Source: Chthoniobacter sp. (GTDB taxonomy: Bacteria > Verrucomicrobiota > Verrucomicrobiia > Chthoniobacterales > Chthoniobacteraceae). From it: DNA of 32,906 bases. The stretch is from assembly GCA_025351065.1 (NCBI GenBank), contig JANXWQ010000646.1:1-32906 (forward strand). The letters run 5' to 3'. The translations under genes were made by a program, and so were the position numbers. The notes under the pieces were generated by a model, which made no database searches, was not told where the DNA came from, and saw only the letters and a list, made by a program, of their open reading frames with translations. Below are positions 25,474-32,906 of the stretch, piece after piece; the first letter of the stretch is position 1; each line of letters begins with the position of its first letter.

Positions 25474-26753
25474 GACGAGTATCCGAAAAGGTTGAGCGTG
25501 AATTTGAGCACAAGATAGCCCAGCGCGCCGGCCTCTAGCAAACGCCCGGCGATTGCGCCCCAGCCGCCTTTACGCGTACTGCCGAGCCGCTTTTTCAGGA
25601 ACTTAGTGAGGTGCTGGCGGAACTGCACATACATGCCAAGCGCCACAACGTAGCAGCCCACGTACGGCGTGAGCCAGCCGGGGTTGCGCACGACTTGCAG
25701 CGCGCTGGTGCCGCGCTGCGGATCGTCCTGATCGCGGCCCATGCGAGCCTGGTAGAAAGTCTGCCCGGCGTAGCGCAGCGGGTGGTTCATATAGATGTCC
25801 ACCTCGCGCGCCTCGCGGGTCGCGGCATCGACCACACGCACGCGGCTGCGGAAGTTTTTCGGGATGTCCGTGCCGCGGTACTGCTCGTTGCTTGTCTTGA
25901 GCAGCGTCATGTCGAACGGCTGGTAGTAGCGCTCGAACCGCAGCTCGGTGCGGAATTTTTTTCCGCCCACGTCGATCTCCTGCGCGCCGCCGCCGAGCAT
26001 GCTCAGCCACGGGGTGACCAGCCAGGTGCCGAGACTTTTTCCACCCTCCAGCAGCTCGATGTAGGCGTAGGGCAGATTGCGCGAATCCATGTCCGTCGTC
26101 TCGCCGCGCGGCTCGACGGTGAGCTGCGTCCCGCTGCCCTGCGTGGCCGTCGCCGGGCCATCGACCATCGGCCCGCGGCGGCGAATCTGGCAGTTTACGC
26201 CGGACTCTTTCACCCGCACGCTGAAGGGCAGTTTTTCGTGCCGGATTTCCGCGCCCGCTTTCACCATGGACTCGGGGATGACGACGACCTCGTCCTGCCC
26301 GCCGCCGGCGTCGCGGATGAAGGCGAGTTCGTTGTGCAGATGATGCTCGGCGTAGTTCTTCGTCTCGCCTTCCTTGAACTCGATGTAGCTCTCGAGCGCG
26401 AATTCCTGCGTGAGCAACTGGCCGAGCAGCAGCACGATCACGCCGGCATGCGTGAGGTGGATGCCGAGCTTGTCCCAGCGCCAGGTGAAACGGTGGATGA
26501 ATGCCGCGGTGAGTCCCGCAAACAGCGTGAAGCCGATGAGGTAGCCGCCGGGGAAAATCGGGACGGTGAATTTGCCGCCGAAAAGCTGCAGGTGCTGCCC
26601 GATGACGACCCAGCTCTCGAACCAGATTTTCTGCGCCTTCCACAGCCCCTCATCGACCTGCGAGAGCGTGCCAAAAAAGATGAGCAGCACCGCAAGCGCC
26701 AGCAGCACCACGGTGAGACGGAGCGAGGTGAGAAACTTCCAGATGGATCTCAT
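25470..26753 (-). CDS. resB: Cytochrome c biogenesis protein ResB/CcsB-like (427 aa)
   Basis: FLTSLRLTVVLL..FFGTLSQ, FPGG, conserved His in KLGIHLTHAG, YRGTDIPKNFRSRV, IYMNHPLRYAGQTFYQ, LQVVRNPG; ATGA overlaps at both ends. Confidence 0.88.
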   Translation of the reverse strand: MRSIWKFLTSLRLTVVLLALAVLLIFFGTLSQVDEGLWKAQKIWFESWVVIGQHLQLFGGKFTVPIFPGGYLIGFTLFAGLTAAFIHRFTWRWDKLGIHLTHAGVIVLLLGQLLTQEFALESYIEFKEGETKNYAEHHLHNELAFIRDAGGGQDEVVVIPESMVKAGAEIRHEKLPFSVRVKESGVNCQIRRRGPMVDGPATATQGSGTQLTVEPRGETTDMDSRNLPYAYIELLEGGKSLGTWLVTPWLSMLGGGAQEIDVGGKKFRTELRFERYYQPFDMTLLKTSNEQYRGTDIPKNFRSRVRVVDAATREAREVDIYMNHPLRYAGQTFYQARMGRDQDDPQRGTSALQVVRNPGWLTPYVGCYVVALGMYVQFRQHLTKFLKKRLGSTRKGGWGAIAGRLLEAGALGYLVLKFTLNLFGYSS

Positions 26754-27763
26754 GGCGCGGTTTGCACGAAGCGGACGAAGGCTTCGCGTTCCGCGTTCAC
26801 GGCGGGGGCCTCGCCCATGAATTTGTAAAACCACCAGCGCCCATCGCGCGGGACGATCGCGCCGAGCATGGCCTTCGGGTCATTTTTCAAATCGACGAGG
26901 ATCGCGCCGGGCACGGCTTCGATTGGCGAGACCAGCGCCTTGAGTCCTTCGTCATCGACCGCGTCGAGGCCGAGCTGTTTGCGCCAACGGTTCACGTTGG
27001 CCAGCGCACCCCCGCTCTCGCTCGGAAAGACGCTGACGAAGACTTCGGCCTTTGCGCCGTCGTGCGCGGGGACGGCGAATTTCGCCACCTGCATCTGCCC
27101 GGCCGGCAGCGTCTGCCAGCCCTCCGGCACCTTCCATTTGAACTCCGGCGCGGCGGGCGCACTGCCGACGACTTCAGCCGCCGGGGCGCTTCCAGCCTTG
27201 ATCCGCACAGTTTTCAAAAACCCGATGAACGCCGGTTTCTGCGCGGCGACGACTGCCTCCGGCCCTTGCAGTTTGTAAAACCAGCTCGCCCCGTCGCGAT
27301 GCGCGAACGCCGTGACGATATGCACCGGCTGCCCCTCGCGCGTGCCCGTGATTTCAAAAAGCTGGCCCTTCTCCCCACCGACTTCGACGGGCGTGAGCGC
27401 GCTGGCGAGTTCGCCTTCCGCGAGCGCCGGCTGGCCGACCTGCTCGCGCCACATGTTCACGATCATGCCCTCCTGCCCGGCCATGCTGCCGAGCGGCGTG
27501 ATGTTCACGCTGGCTTCGCCCGCATCCGTCTTGATGCGAAAATTGGCGAGGCTCATCGCGTTTGCGCCCGCGTCCTGCCAGCCCGCGGGCAGCGTGTAGG
27601 CGAGCTGCGGGCGGGCGGTGTTGGCGGCGGGCGTCGGCGCATCTGGTACGGGCGCGGGCGCTTCTTTGGCCACGGAATAGACGCGGATTTCCTCGCGCTT
27701 GCAGCCGCCGAGACAGACGGCGGCGAGTGCGGCAAGCGTGATGAGATGAGGTCGGCGGATCAT
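26750..27763 (-). CDS. Uncharacterised lipoprotein with two tandem homologous domains, first gene of the resB-ccsA operon (337 aa)
   Basis: Lipobox CLGG-C; repeats LPAGW..VNMWREQVG..WFYKLQG and VPEGW..VNRWRKQLG..WFYKFMG; start ATG 27763. Confidence 0.82.
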   Translation of the reverse strand: MIRRPHLITLAALAAVCLGGCKREEIRVYSVAKEAPAPVPDAPTPAANTARPQLAYTLPAGWQDAGANAMSLANFRIKTDAGEASVNITPLGSMAGQEGMIVNMWREQVGQPALAEGELASALTPVEVGGEKGQLFEITGTREGQPVHIVTAFAHRDGASWFYKLQGPEAVVAAQKPAFIGFLKTVRIKAGSAPAAEVVGSAPAAPEFKWKVPEGWQTLPAGQMQVAKFAVPAHDGAKAEVFVSVFPSESGGALANVNRWRKQLGLDAVDDEGLKALVSPIEAVPGAILVDLKNDPKAMLGAIVPRDGRWWFYKFMGEAPAVNAEREAFVRFVQTAP

Positions 27764-27851
27764 GCGAAAGGGGTGGAGAGGTAGCCGAACATCGGCACCC
27801 ACGCCACAGGGCTTTTTGGGCGCGGAGACAATCCGGTTGCGGGCGTTTTCC

Positions 27852-28934
27852 TTAGCGTGCCGCCGGGGCCGACTCGATGATCGCGAGCGTCTGCCGCACG
27901 TTTTCGGCGATGCCGTATTTCGCGCCGAGGGCGAGCAGGCGCGGGCGGATGGCGGCGCGGCGCGCGGGGTCGCTCCATTTTTCCACGGCCGCGGCGAGCG
28001 CGGGGAGGTCGTCCGGCTGCGCGACGACCTCGCCCTCCACGCCGGGCTCGATGATTTCGGCAAAGCCATTGTGCGCCGTGGTGATGACGGGCAGCCCGGC
28101 GGCGAGCGCTTCGAGGCAGGCATTGGAAAACGGCTCGTAGAGCGTGGGCAGAATGAAGGCGTCCGCTGCGGCGAGCAGGCGCGGCATGTCTTTCACCGGG
28201 CCGAGAAAACGGACGCGCTCGGAGCGCGGCATCGCGCGCTCATGGCCACGACCGGCGACGAGCAGCGTGGCGTGCGGCAGCCGCGCCGCGTTCATCGCCG
28301 CGATGGCAAAGCGCAGCCCCTTTCGCTCCCAGCCCGAGCCGGCGAAAAGCACGGCAAAGGTGTCATCGCCGAGCCCGAGTTCGCGCCGCATTTCCGCGCG
28401 GGCTCCGGCGGGTGCGGTGAAAGGCGGCACGCCATTGTGAACGATGTGGATGCGCTCCGCCGGATAGCCGAAGTGCGCTTCGATTTCCGTCTGCACCATC
28501 CGCGAATTGGCGATCACCAGCCGCGCGCCGTCCGCACTGAAGAGCAGCTTTTCCAGCGCGAGCATCTCGCGGTGCTTCGCGTTGCATTGCCGCAGCCACG
28601 GTTTCCAAAACGGCTCGAAACGCGCCCGCCGCTCCAGCCACGCCGCATGCACGCCGTCGCCCGCGCGGTAGGCGTCGCAGGTGTGGATGCGCTCGAGGCT
28701 GAAAAGGAAATCGCGCTCGTCCCGAGCCCGCAGCGCGACGAGCGCATCGGCGAATTTTTTCGGCGAATCGCTCACCACCTGCACATGCGCAAACGGCCAG
28801 GCCACGCGCGGCCACTGCTCGCTGAAAAGCACGCACTCATGTCCGGCGGCGACCGCGCTTTCGGCAAAGCGCCGCAGGTACGCCTCGGCGCCACCGGTGC
28901 GGGAGTAGCCGCGGCGAACGAGGCCGATTTTCAT
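27852..28934 (-). CDS. Glycosyltransferase family 4, WabG/WaaG-like LPS core transferase
   Basis: TGGAEAYL, FSLERI..CDAYRAGDGVH, FAGSGWERKG, EX7E (YEPFSNACLEA). Confidence 0.9.
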   Translation of the reverse strand: MKIGLVRRGYSRTGGAEAYLRRFAESAVAAGHECVLFSEQWPRVAWPFAHVQVVSDSPKKFADALVALRARDERDFLFSLERIHTCDAYRAGDGVHAAWLERRARFEPFWKPWLRQCNAKHREMLALEKLLFSADGARLVIANSRMVQTEIEAHFGYPAERIHIVHNGVPPFTAPAGARAEMRRELGLGDDTFAVLFAGSGWERKGLRFAIAAMNAARLPHATLLVAGRGHERAMPRSERVRFLGPVKDMPRLLAAADAFILPTLYEPFSNACLEALAAGLPVITTAHNGFAEIIEPGVEGEVVAQPDDLPALAAAVEKWSDPARRAAIRPRLLALGAKYGIAENVRQTLAIIESAPAAR

Positions 28935-28942
28935 TTTGGCTT

Positions 28943-29032
28943 AGCCACGGATGGACACGGATGGAAAACGGATGAGGAAGGCGACAGAACCGCCATGTTG
29001 GATCCGTGTTTCATCCGTGTCCATCCGTGGCT
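28943..29032. repeat. Palindromic element with periodic CACGGAT arms between divergent GT4 genes
   Basis: AGCCACGGATGGACACGGATGGAAAACGGAT (28943-28973) and ATCCGTGTTTCATCCGTGTCCATCCGTGGCT (29002-29032) are near-perfect reverse complements. Confidence 0.85.
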
Positions 29033-29068
29033 TTTCATCCCTCCGTTCCCGCCTAGAGTGCGCGTTCC

Positions 29069-30244
29069 TTGAGCCTGCCGAAACATCTCCTCTACGCCAC
29101 CTCCGCCCGCATCGGCGGCAGCGGGCTGGACGCCGTAGCGCTGGAATCGCTGCGTGCAGCGGAGCGCGCCGGGGTGCTCGGCAAGGCGTTCGCGTTTGAA
29201 AACCGGCAGGACGAAATCCCGGCGGGGCGCATCGCCTCGCTGCGGTGGAATCCGGTGCGGCTGCTCTCGGGGCTGGGCAGCGAGTTTTACTACGGGGCGA
29301 AAAAGCACGCGCTCGACCGGGCAGCCGAGCGGGAGCTGGCGCGCGGCGGCTACGATTTATTCCACGGCTGGTCGGGGGAAAGCGTGCGCACTTTGCGCGC
29401 CGCGCGGCAGCTCGGCGTGCCAGGCGTGATCGAGATTCCGACGTGGCATCGCAACAAAGGCAAAGACAAGCCCGCGCGGCAGACCAAGAGCGAACGCGAG
29501 CGAGCCGAGGCGCGCGGCTGGCAGGGGATGAAAAACCGGCTGCTGGTGACGCGGCAGCAAGTGCTCGAGGAATACGATCTAGCGGACCTGATTCTTGTGC
29601 TGTCGGAAAAGGCGGAGGAGACATTTATCGCCGCCGGTATCGCGCGGGAGAAGCTCTTCCGGCATCAGCGGGGCGTGGACATTTCACGCTTCACGCCTGC
29701 GGAAAAACCGCCCGAGAAATTTGTTGCGGTCTTTGTCGGCGCACTGATCAAGCGGAAGGGCGTGCATCATCTGCTGGAGGTCTGGCGGCGACTGGCGCTC
29801 AAGGATGCGGAGCTGGTGCTGGTCGGCTCGGTGCATGACGAGATGCGGCCGTATCTCGCGGAGTTTGCGGGCGAAAATGTGCGGCTCCCCGGCTTCGTGG
29901 GAAACGTGGAAGACTGCTACCGCGCGGCCTCGGTGCATATCCTGCCGAGCGAGTGCGAGGGCAGCGCGAAATGCACCTACGAGGCCGCGGCGTGCGGCCT
30001 GCCGCAAATCATCACGCGAGAGAGCGGCGATATGGTGCAGCATGAAGTGAACGGGTTCCTCATCCCGCCGAATGATCCCGATGCGCTCGCCGCGGCCATC
30101 GAGCGGCTGTATCGCGACCGCGATCTGGGCGCGCGGCTCGGCGCGGCGGGGCGCGTGCGGGTGGTGGAAAGTTTTACGTGGGAGCATTTTCGCGCGCGGC
30201 TACTCGAGGCTTACCGCGTGGCGCTGGCGAAGGGAGCGGCATGA
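29069..30244 (+). CDS. Glycosyltransferase family 4
   Basis: RGVDISRF, FVGALIKRKG, EX7E (LPSECEGSAKCTYEAAACG), NGFLIPPND; TTG start 9 nt after a TAGAGT -10-like hexamer (29054-29059). Confidence 0.9.
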   Translation: MSLPKHLLYATSARIGGSGLDAVALESLRAAERAGVLGKAFAFENRQDEIPAGRIASLRWNPVRLLSGLGSEFYYGAKKHALDRAAERELARGGYDLFHGWSGESVRTLRAARQLGVPGVIEIPTWHRNKGKDKPARQTKSERERAEARGWQGMKNRLLVTRQQVLEEYDLADLILVLSEKAEETFIAAGIAREKLFRHQRGVDISRFTPAEKPPEKFVAVFVGALIKRKGVHHLLEVWRRLALKDAELVLVGSVHDEMRPYLAEFAGENVRLPGFVGNVEDCYRAASVHILPSECEGSAKCTYEAAACGLPQIITRESGDMVQHEVNGFLIPPNDPDALAAAIERLYRDRDLGARLGAAGRVRVVESFTWEHFRARLLEAYRVALAKGAA

Positions 30245-30253
30245 GCGGGCATC

Positions 30254-30448
30254 GGGGAGCACAGGCCTCCGGCCTGTCGTTGCCGGCGTCACGCCGGGAA
30301 CATCGGACGTCGAAAAGACTCCCGTTTGCGATGAAGCCTTTCATCAAGAACGCGACGGAGGGACGCGGGTTTGCGTGGCGGACGCTTGCTCTTGACCGTG
30401 GTGTTCGGCGGGACGCCGAACACGACAGGCCGGAGGCCTGTGCTCCCC
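30254..30448. repeat. Inverted REP doublet (REPIN-like), GGAG family
   Basis: Perfect 27-bp inverted repeat GGGGAGCACAGGCCTCCGGCCTGTCGT (30254-30280) / 30422-30448; each arm is itself palindromic and adjoins a second hairpin (30283-30297; 30401-30423). Confidence 0.88.
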
Positions 30449-30452
30449 AAGC

Positions 30453-31454
30453 ATGAGAATCCTCGCGCTCCAGCTCAAGCGGATCGGCGATTTGATCCTG
30501 ACCACGGCGGCGCTGCGGGCGCTGCGGGTGGCGTGGCCGGGGGCGCACCTCGCGCTGGCGGTGGCGCCGGGGTGCGCGGGGCTGCTGGGGGCGGTGCCGG
30601 CGATCAATGCCGGGGTGGTGCTCGGGCGCGGGCGCGGGTTTGCGCCGTGGCAGCAGGTGCTCACGGGGGCGTGGGATTTGTGCGTCGATTTCACGGGCAC
30701 GGATCGTTCGGCGCTGGCGGTGGCGCTCTCGCGGGCGGCGGAGCGCGCGACTTTTGCGTGGGTGAAAAAGTCGAAGCTGCGGGCGGTGGCTTACAATCGC
30801 TTCGTCGAGTCGGCGGTGCGGGAGCGGCACACAGCGGATCACTATTTCGACTTGGTCGCGGGTGTGATTGCGGGCGGGCCAAATCTCTCCTCCGAAGCGC
30901 AGCCGGAGCTGGCGCTGTCGGATGAGGCGCGGGAGGCAGCGGTGCGGTTCACGGGCGGCGGGAAGTTTGCCGTCGTCCATCCAGGCACGGCGCGGGCGGA
31001 GAAGTTCTGGCTGCCGGAGCGTTGGGCGGAGGTGATTGGAAATCTGCGCGCGCGGCATGGGCTCGAGTGCGTGCTCACCGGCGGCGCCGATGATTTCGAG
31101 CACGCGCACATTGCCGAAATCCAAGCCGCGCTCGACAAACCCGCGCTCAATCTCGCGGGGAAAATCGACCTGCTCACTTTCGCGGCGGTGATCGAGCGGG
31201 CGAAAATCTGCCTGAGCTGCGACACCGGCGCGGTGCATCTCGCCGCCGCATTTCGTACGCCGCAGGTCGCGCTGTTCGGGCCGACCAATCCTTTCCACTG
31301 GCGTCCGCGGCACGAGCGCGCGGTCGTCCTCACCGCCGCGCAGCCGCACGCGCCGCTCATCGATTTCCAGCCACGCATGAAGGGCGCGCCGATGGAGCGC
31401 ATCTCGACGGAGCTGGTCATCGGTGCTATTGCCCAGCTCATCCCGACTCCCTGA
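30453..31454 (+). CDS. Glycosyltransferase family 9 (LPS heptosyltransferase-like)
   Basis: MRILALQLKRIGDLILTT, VVHPG...EKFW, NLAGKIDL, SCDTGAVHLAAAF.TPQVALFGPT. Confidence 0.92.
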   Translation: MRILALQLKRIGDLILTTAALRALRVAWPGAHLALAVAPGCAGLLGAVPAINAGVVLGRGRGFAPWQQVLTGAWDLCVDFTGTDRSALAVALSRAAERATFAWVKKSKLRAVAYNRFVESAVRERHTADHYFDLVAGVIAGGPNLSSEAQPELALSDEAREAAVRFTGGGKFAVVHPGTARAEKFWLPERWAEVIGNLRARHGLECVLTGGADDFEHAHIAEIQAALDKPALNLAGKIDLLTFAAVIERAKICLSCDTGAVHLAAAFRTPQVALFGPTNPFHWRPRHERAVVLTAAQPHAPLIDFQPRMKGAPMERISTELVIGAIAQLIPTP

Positions 31455-31460
31455 CCCACC

Positions 31461-32906
31461 GTGCCGTCCCAATCCGAGCCGCCCGCAAAAAAAGCCAAGC
31501 CACATCCCACGATGCGCGACGCGTGGCGGCCCTACGCCCAGCTCCTGCCGTTTCTGCGCCCGTATCGTGGGCGGTTTTACGCCGGCCTGCTCTGCGGCGC
31601 GCTCGCGGGCGTGGTCAATGGCGGCTACGGCCTGGTGATCAAAAAGGTGATGGATTACGCCATCCCCAGCGGCGGCGGAAAGATGGCCGCGCTGCACGCC
31701 AACTCCGCCGCCGGACCGGGCATCGACGGCGTGCTGTGGATCTGCGCGCTCATCCCCGCGATGGTCATCGCGCGCAGCGTTTTCGCGTATCTCAACGCCT
31801 ACTGCATGGCGTGGGTGAGCCTGAAACTGCTCACCGATATTCGCACGAAGCTCTTCCGCCACATCCTCGCGCAGTCGCTGGATTTTTTCTCGAAAAGCCG
31901 CGCCGGCCAACTCCTCCAGCGCGTGAACAACGACGCACGCGCCGCGCAGCAGGCGCTGACCAGCGTGAGCAGCGACGTGGTCACGCAGCCCTTCACGGTC
32001 ATCTCCGCGATCCTCACGCTGCTCTACCTCGATTGGAAATTCACCATCGGCAGCCTCGTCCTTTTTCCCATCTGTCTCATCCCGATCATCGTCTATGGCC
32101 GCAAAGTGCGGCGGGCAGGACGCGATGAGGAAAACGAGGCGGGCGCGATGTTGGTCATCATGCAGGAGGCGTTTGCGGGCATCCGCGTGATCAAATCGCT
32201 GGGCCGCGAACAGGACGAGGCGCGGGATTTTGAGGAATCGAGCCGGCATCAGTTCCGCAACTCGATCCGCGTGCGCAAGGCGGTGGAAATCGTCGGGCCG
32301 ATGATCGAATCGGTCGCCGCGCTCGGGGTGGGGCTGGCGCTGTTTTACGTCTGGTACGCCGGCATTCCGGCGTCGAAATTCGTGGGTCTGCTCGCCGGCA
32401 CATTCATGCTCTACGATCCGGTGAAAAAGCTGAGCAAGGTGAATGGCCAGATGCAGAAATGCCTGGCCTCGACGACGCGCATCTTCGAGCTGCTGGCGCT
32501 CCAGCCGAGCGTGCAGGACGCGCCGGCCGCGCCGGTGCTGGAAAAAGTGCGCGGTGAGATTTCCTTCGACCACACCACCTTCGGCTACCGCGCCGAGCAG
32601 CCCGCGGTCACGGACGTCCACCTCACCATCGCGCCGGGCACGACGTGCGCGCTCGTGGGCGCGAGCGGAGCGGGAAAGAGCACGCTGCTTTCGTTGATCC
32701 TGCGCTTTTACGATCCGCAGTCCGGCGCGGTGCTGATTGATGGGCGCGACATCCGTGCCGTCACCCAGGCGTCGCTCCGCGAGCAGGTCAGCATCGTCAC
32801 GCAGGAGACGTTTCTTTTTCACACCACCATCGCCGCGAACATCCGCTACGGCCGCCTCGACGCGACCGACGCCGAGGTGCAATCCGCCGCTCGGCAGGCC
32901 TTCGCG
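31461..32906 (+). CDS. msbA: ABC transporter permease/ATPase, MsbA-like; 3' end runs off the window
   Basis: Translated by hand from GTG 31461 (alternative ATG 31512): LLPFLRPYRGRF, TM domain, QEAFAGIRVIK, LYDPVKKLS, Walker A ALVGASGAGKSTL (~32650-32690), SIVTQETFLFHTTIAANIRYG. Absent from the ORF track because no stop lies in the window. Confidence 0.88.
   Translation, partial: MPSQSEPPAKKAKPHPTMRDAWRPYAQLLPFLRPYRGRFYAGLLCGALAGVVNGGYGLVIKKVMDYAIPSGGGKMAALHANSAAGPGIDGVLWICALIPAMVIARSVFAYLNAYCMAWVSLKLLTDIRTKLFRHILAQSLDFFSKSRAGQLLQRVNNDARAAQQALTSVSSDVVTQPFTVISAILTLLYLDWKFTIGSLVLFPICLIPIIVYGRKVRRAGRDEENEAGAMLVIMQEAFAGIRVIKSLGREQDEARDFEESSRHQFRNSIRVRKAVEIVGPMIESVAALGVGLALFYVWYAGIPASKFVGLLAGTFMLYDPVKKLSKVNGQMQKCLASTTRIFELLALQPSVQDAPAAPVLEKVRGEISFDHTTFGYRAEQPAVTDVHLTIAPGTTCALVGASGAGKSTLLSLILRFYDPQSGAVLIDGRDIRAVTQASLREQVSIVTQETFLFHTTIAANIRYGRLDATDAEVQSAARQAFA

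Noticed and set aside
28943-29032. Possible mini-CRISPR array
   Set aside because: Units are ~10 bp, inverted, without unique spacers; no cas genes.
28931-29308. Small ORFs such as MDTDGKRMRK... and ...SHGWTRMKHG...
   Set aside because: Translations of the CACGGAT repeat that overlap the real GT4 gene.
30174-32882. 902-aa minus-strand ORF
   Set aside because: Antisense to GT9 and the MsbA-like gene, which carry the real motifs.

Overview
GC-rich bacterial chromosomal segment. Gene families and the shared C-terminal domain of the secreted proteins point to Verrucomicrobiota (Chthoniobacter-like); this is inference. About 23 real genes sit under many shadow ORFs. Left part: secreted or periplasmic enzymes (GH16, a two-domain DUF6421 protein, a 1.4-kaa lamin-tail/CotH kinase protein, a PQQ-type sugar dehydrogenase-PKD-cytochrome c-CBM fusion, a tricorn S41 protease). 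Middle: small housekeeping genes (GAF, YwaF-like, DUF3467, serine hydrolase, yjbQ, gmhA, amgK/murU-like pair), a secreted Ig-domain protein with an unassigned catalytic domain, sufT and an orphan. Right: a System II cytochrome c maturation operon (lipoprotein-resB-ccsA, with ccsA split by a 1-nt frameshift) and an LPS cluster (GT4, GT4, GT9, truncated MsbA-like ABC transporter missing from the ORF track). I saw no tRNA, rRNA, CRISPR array or transposase. The intergenic DNA holds several REP/REPIN/MITE-like palindromic families. Most notable: a REP copy read in frame inside the DUF6421 gene, a 294-bp nested palindromic element, a shared ~130-aa C-terminal domain on two unrelated exported proteins (candidate sorting signal), a candidate new glycoside hydrolase domain, and an uncharacterised tandem-domain lipoprotein coupled to resB-ccsA. 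All family assignments come from motif recognition by eye; no searches were run.
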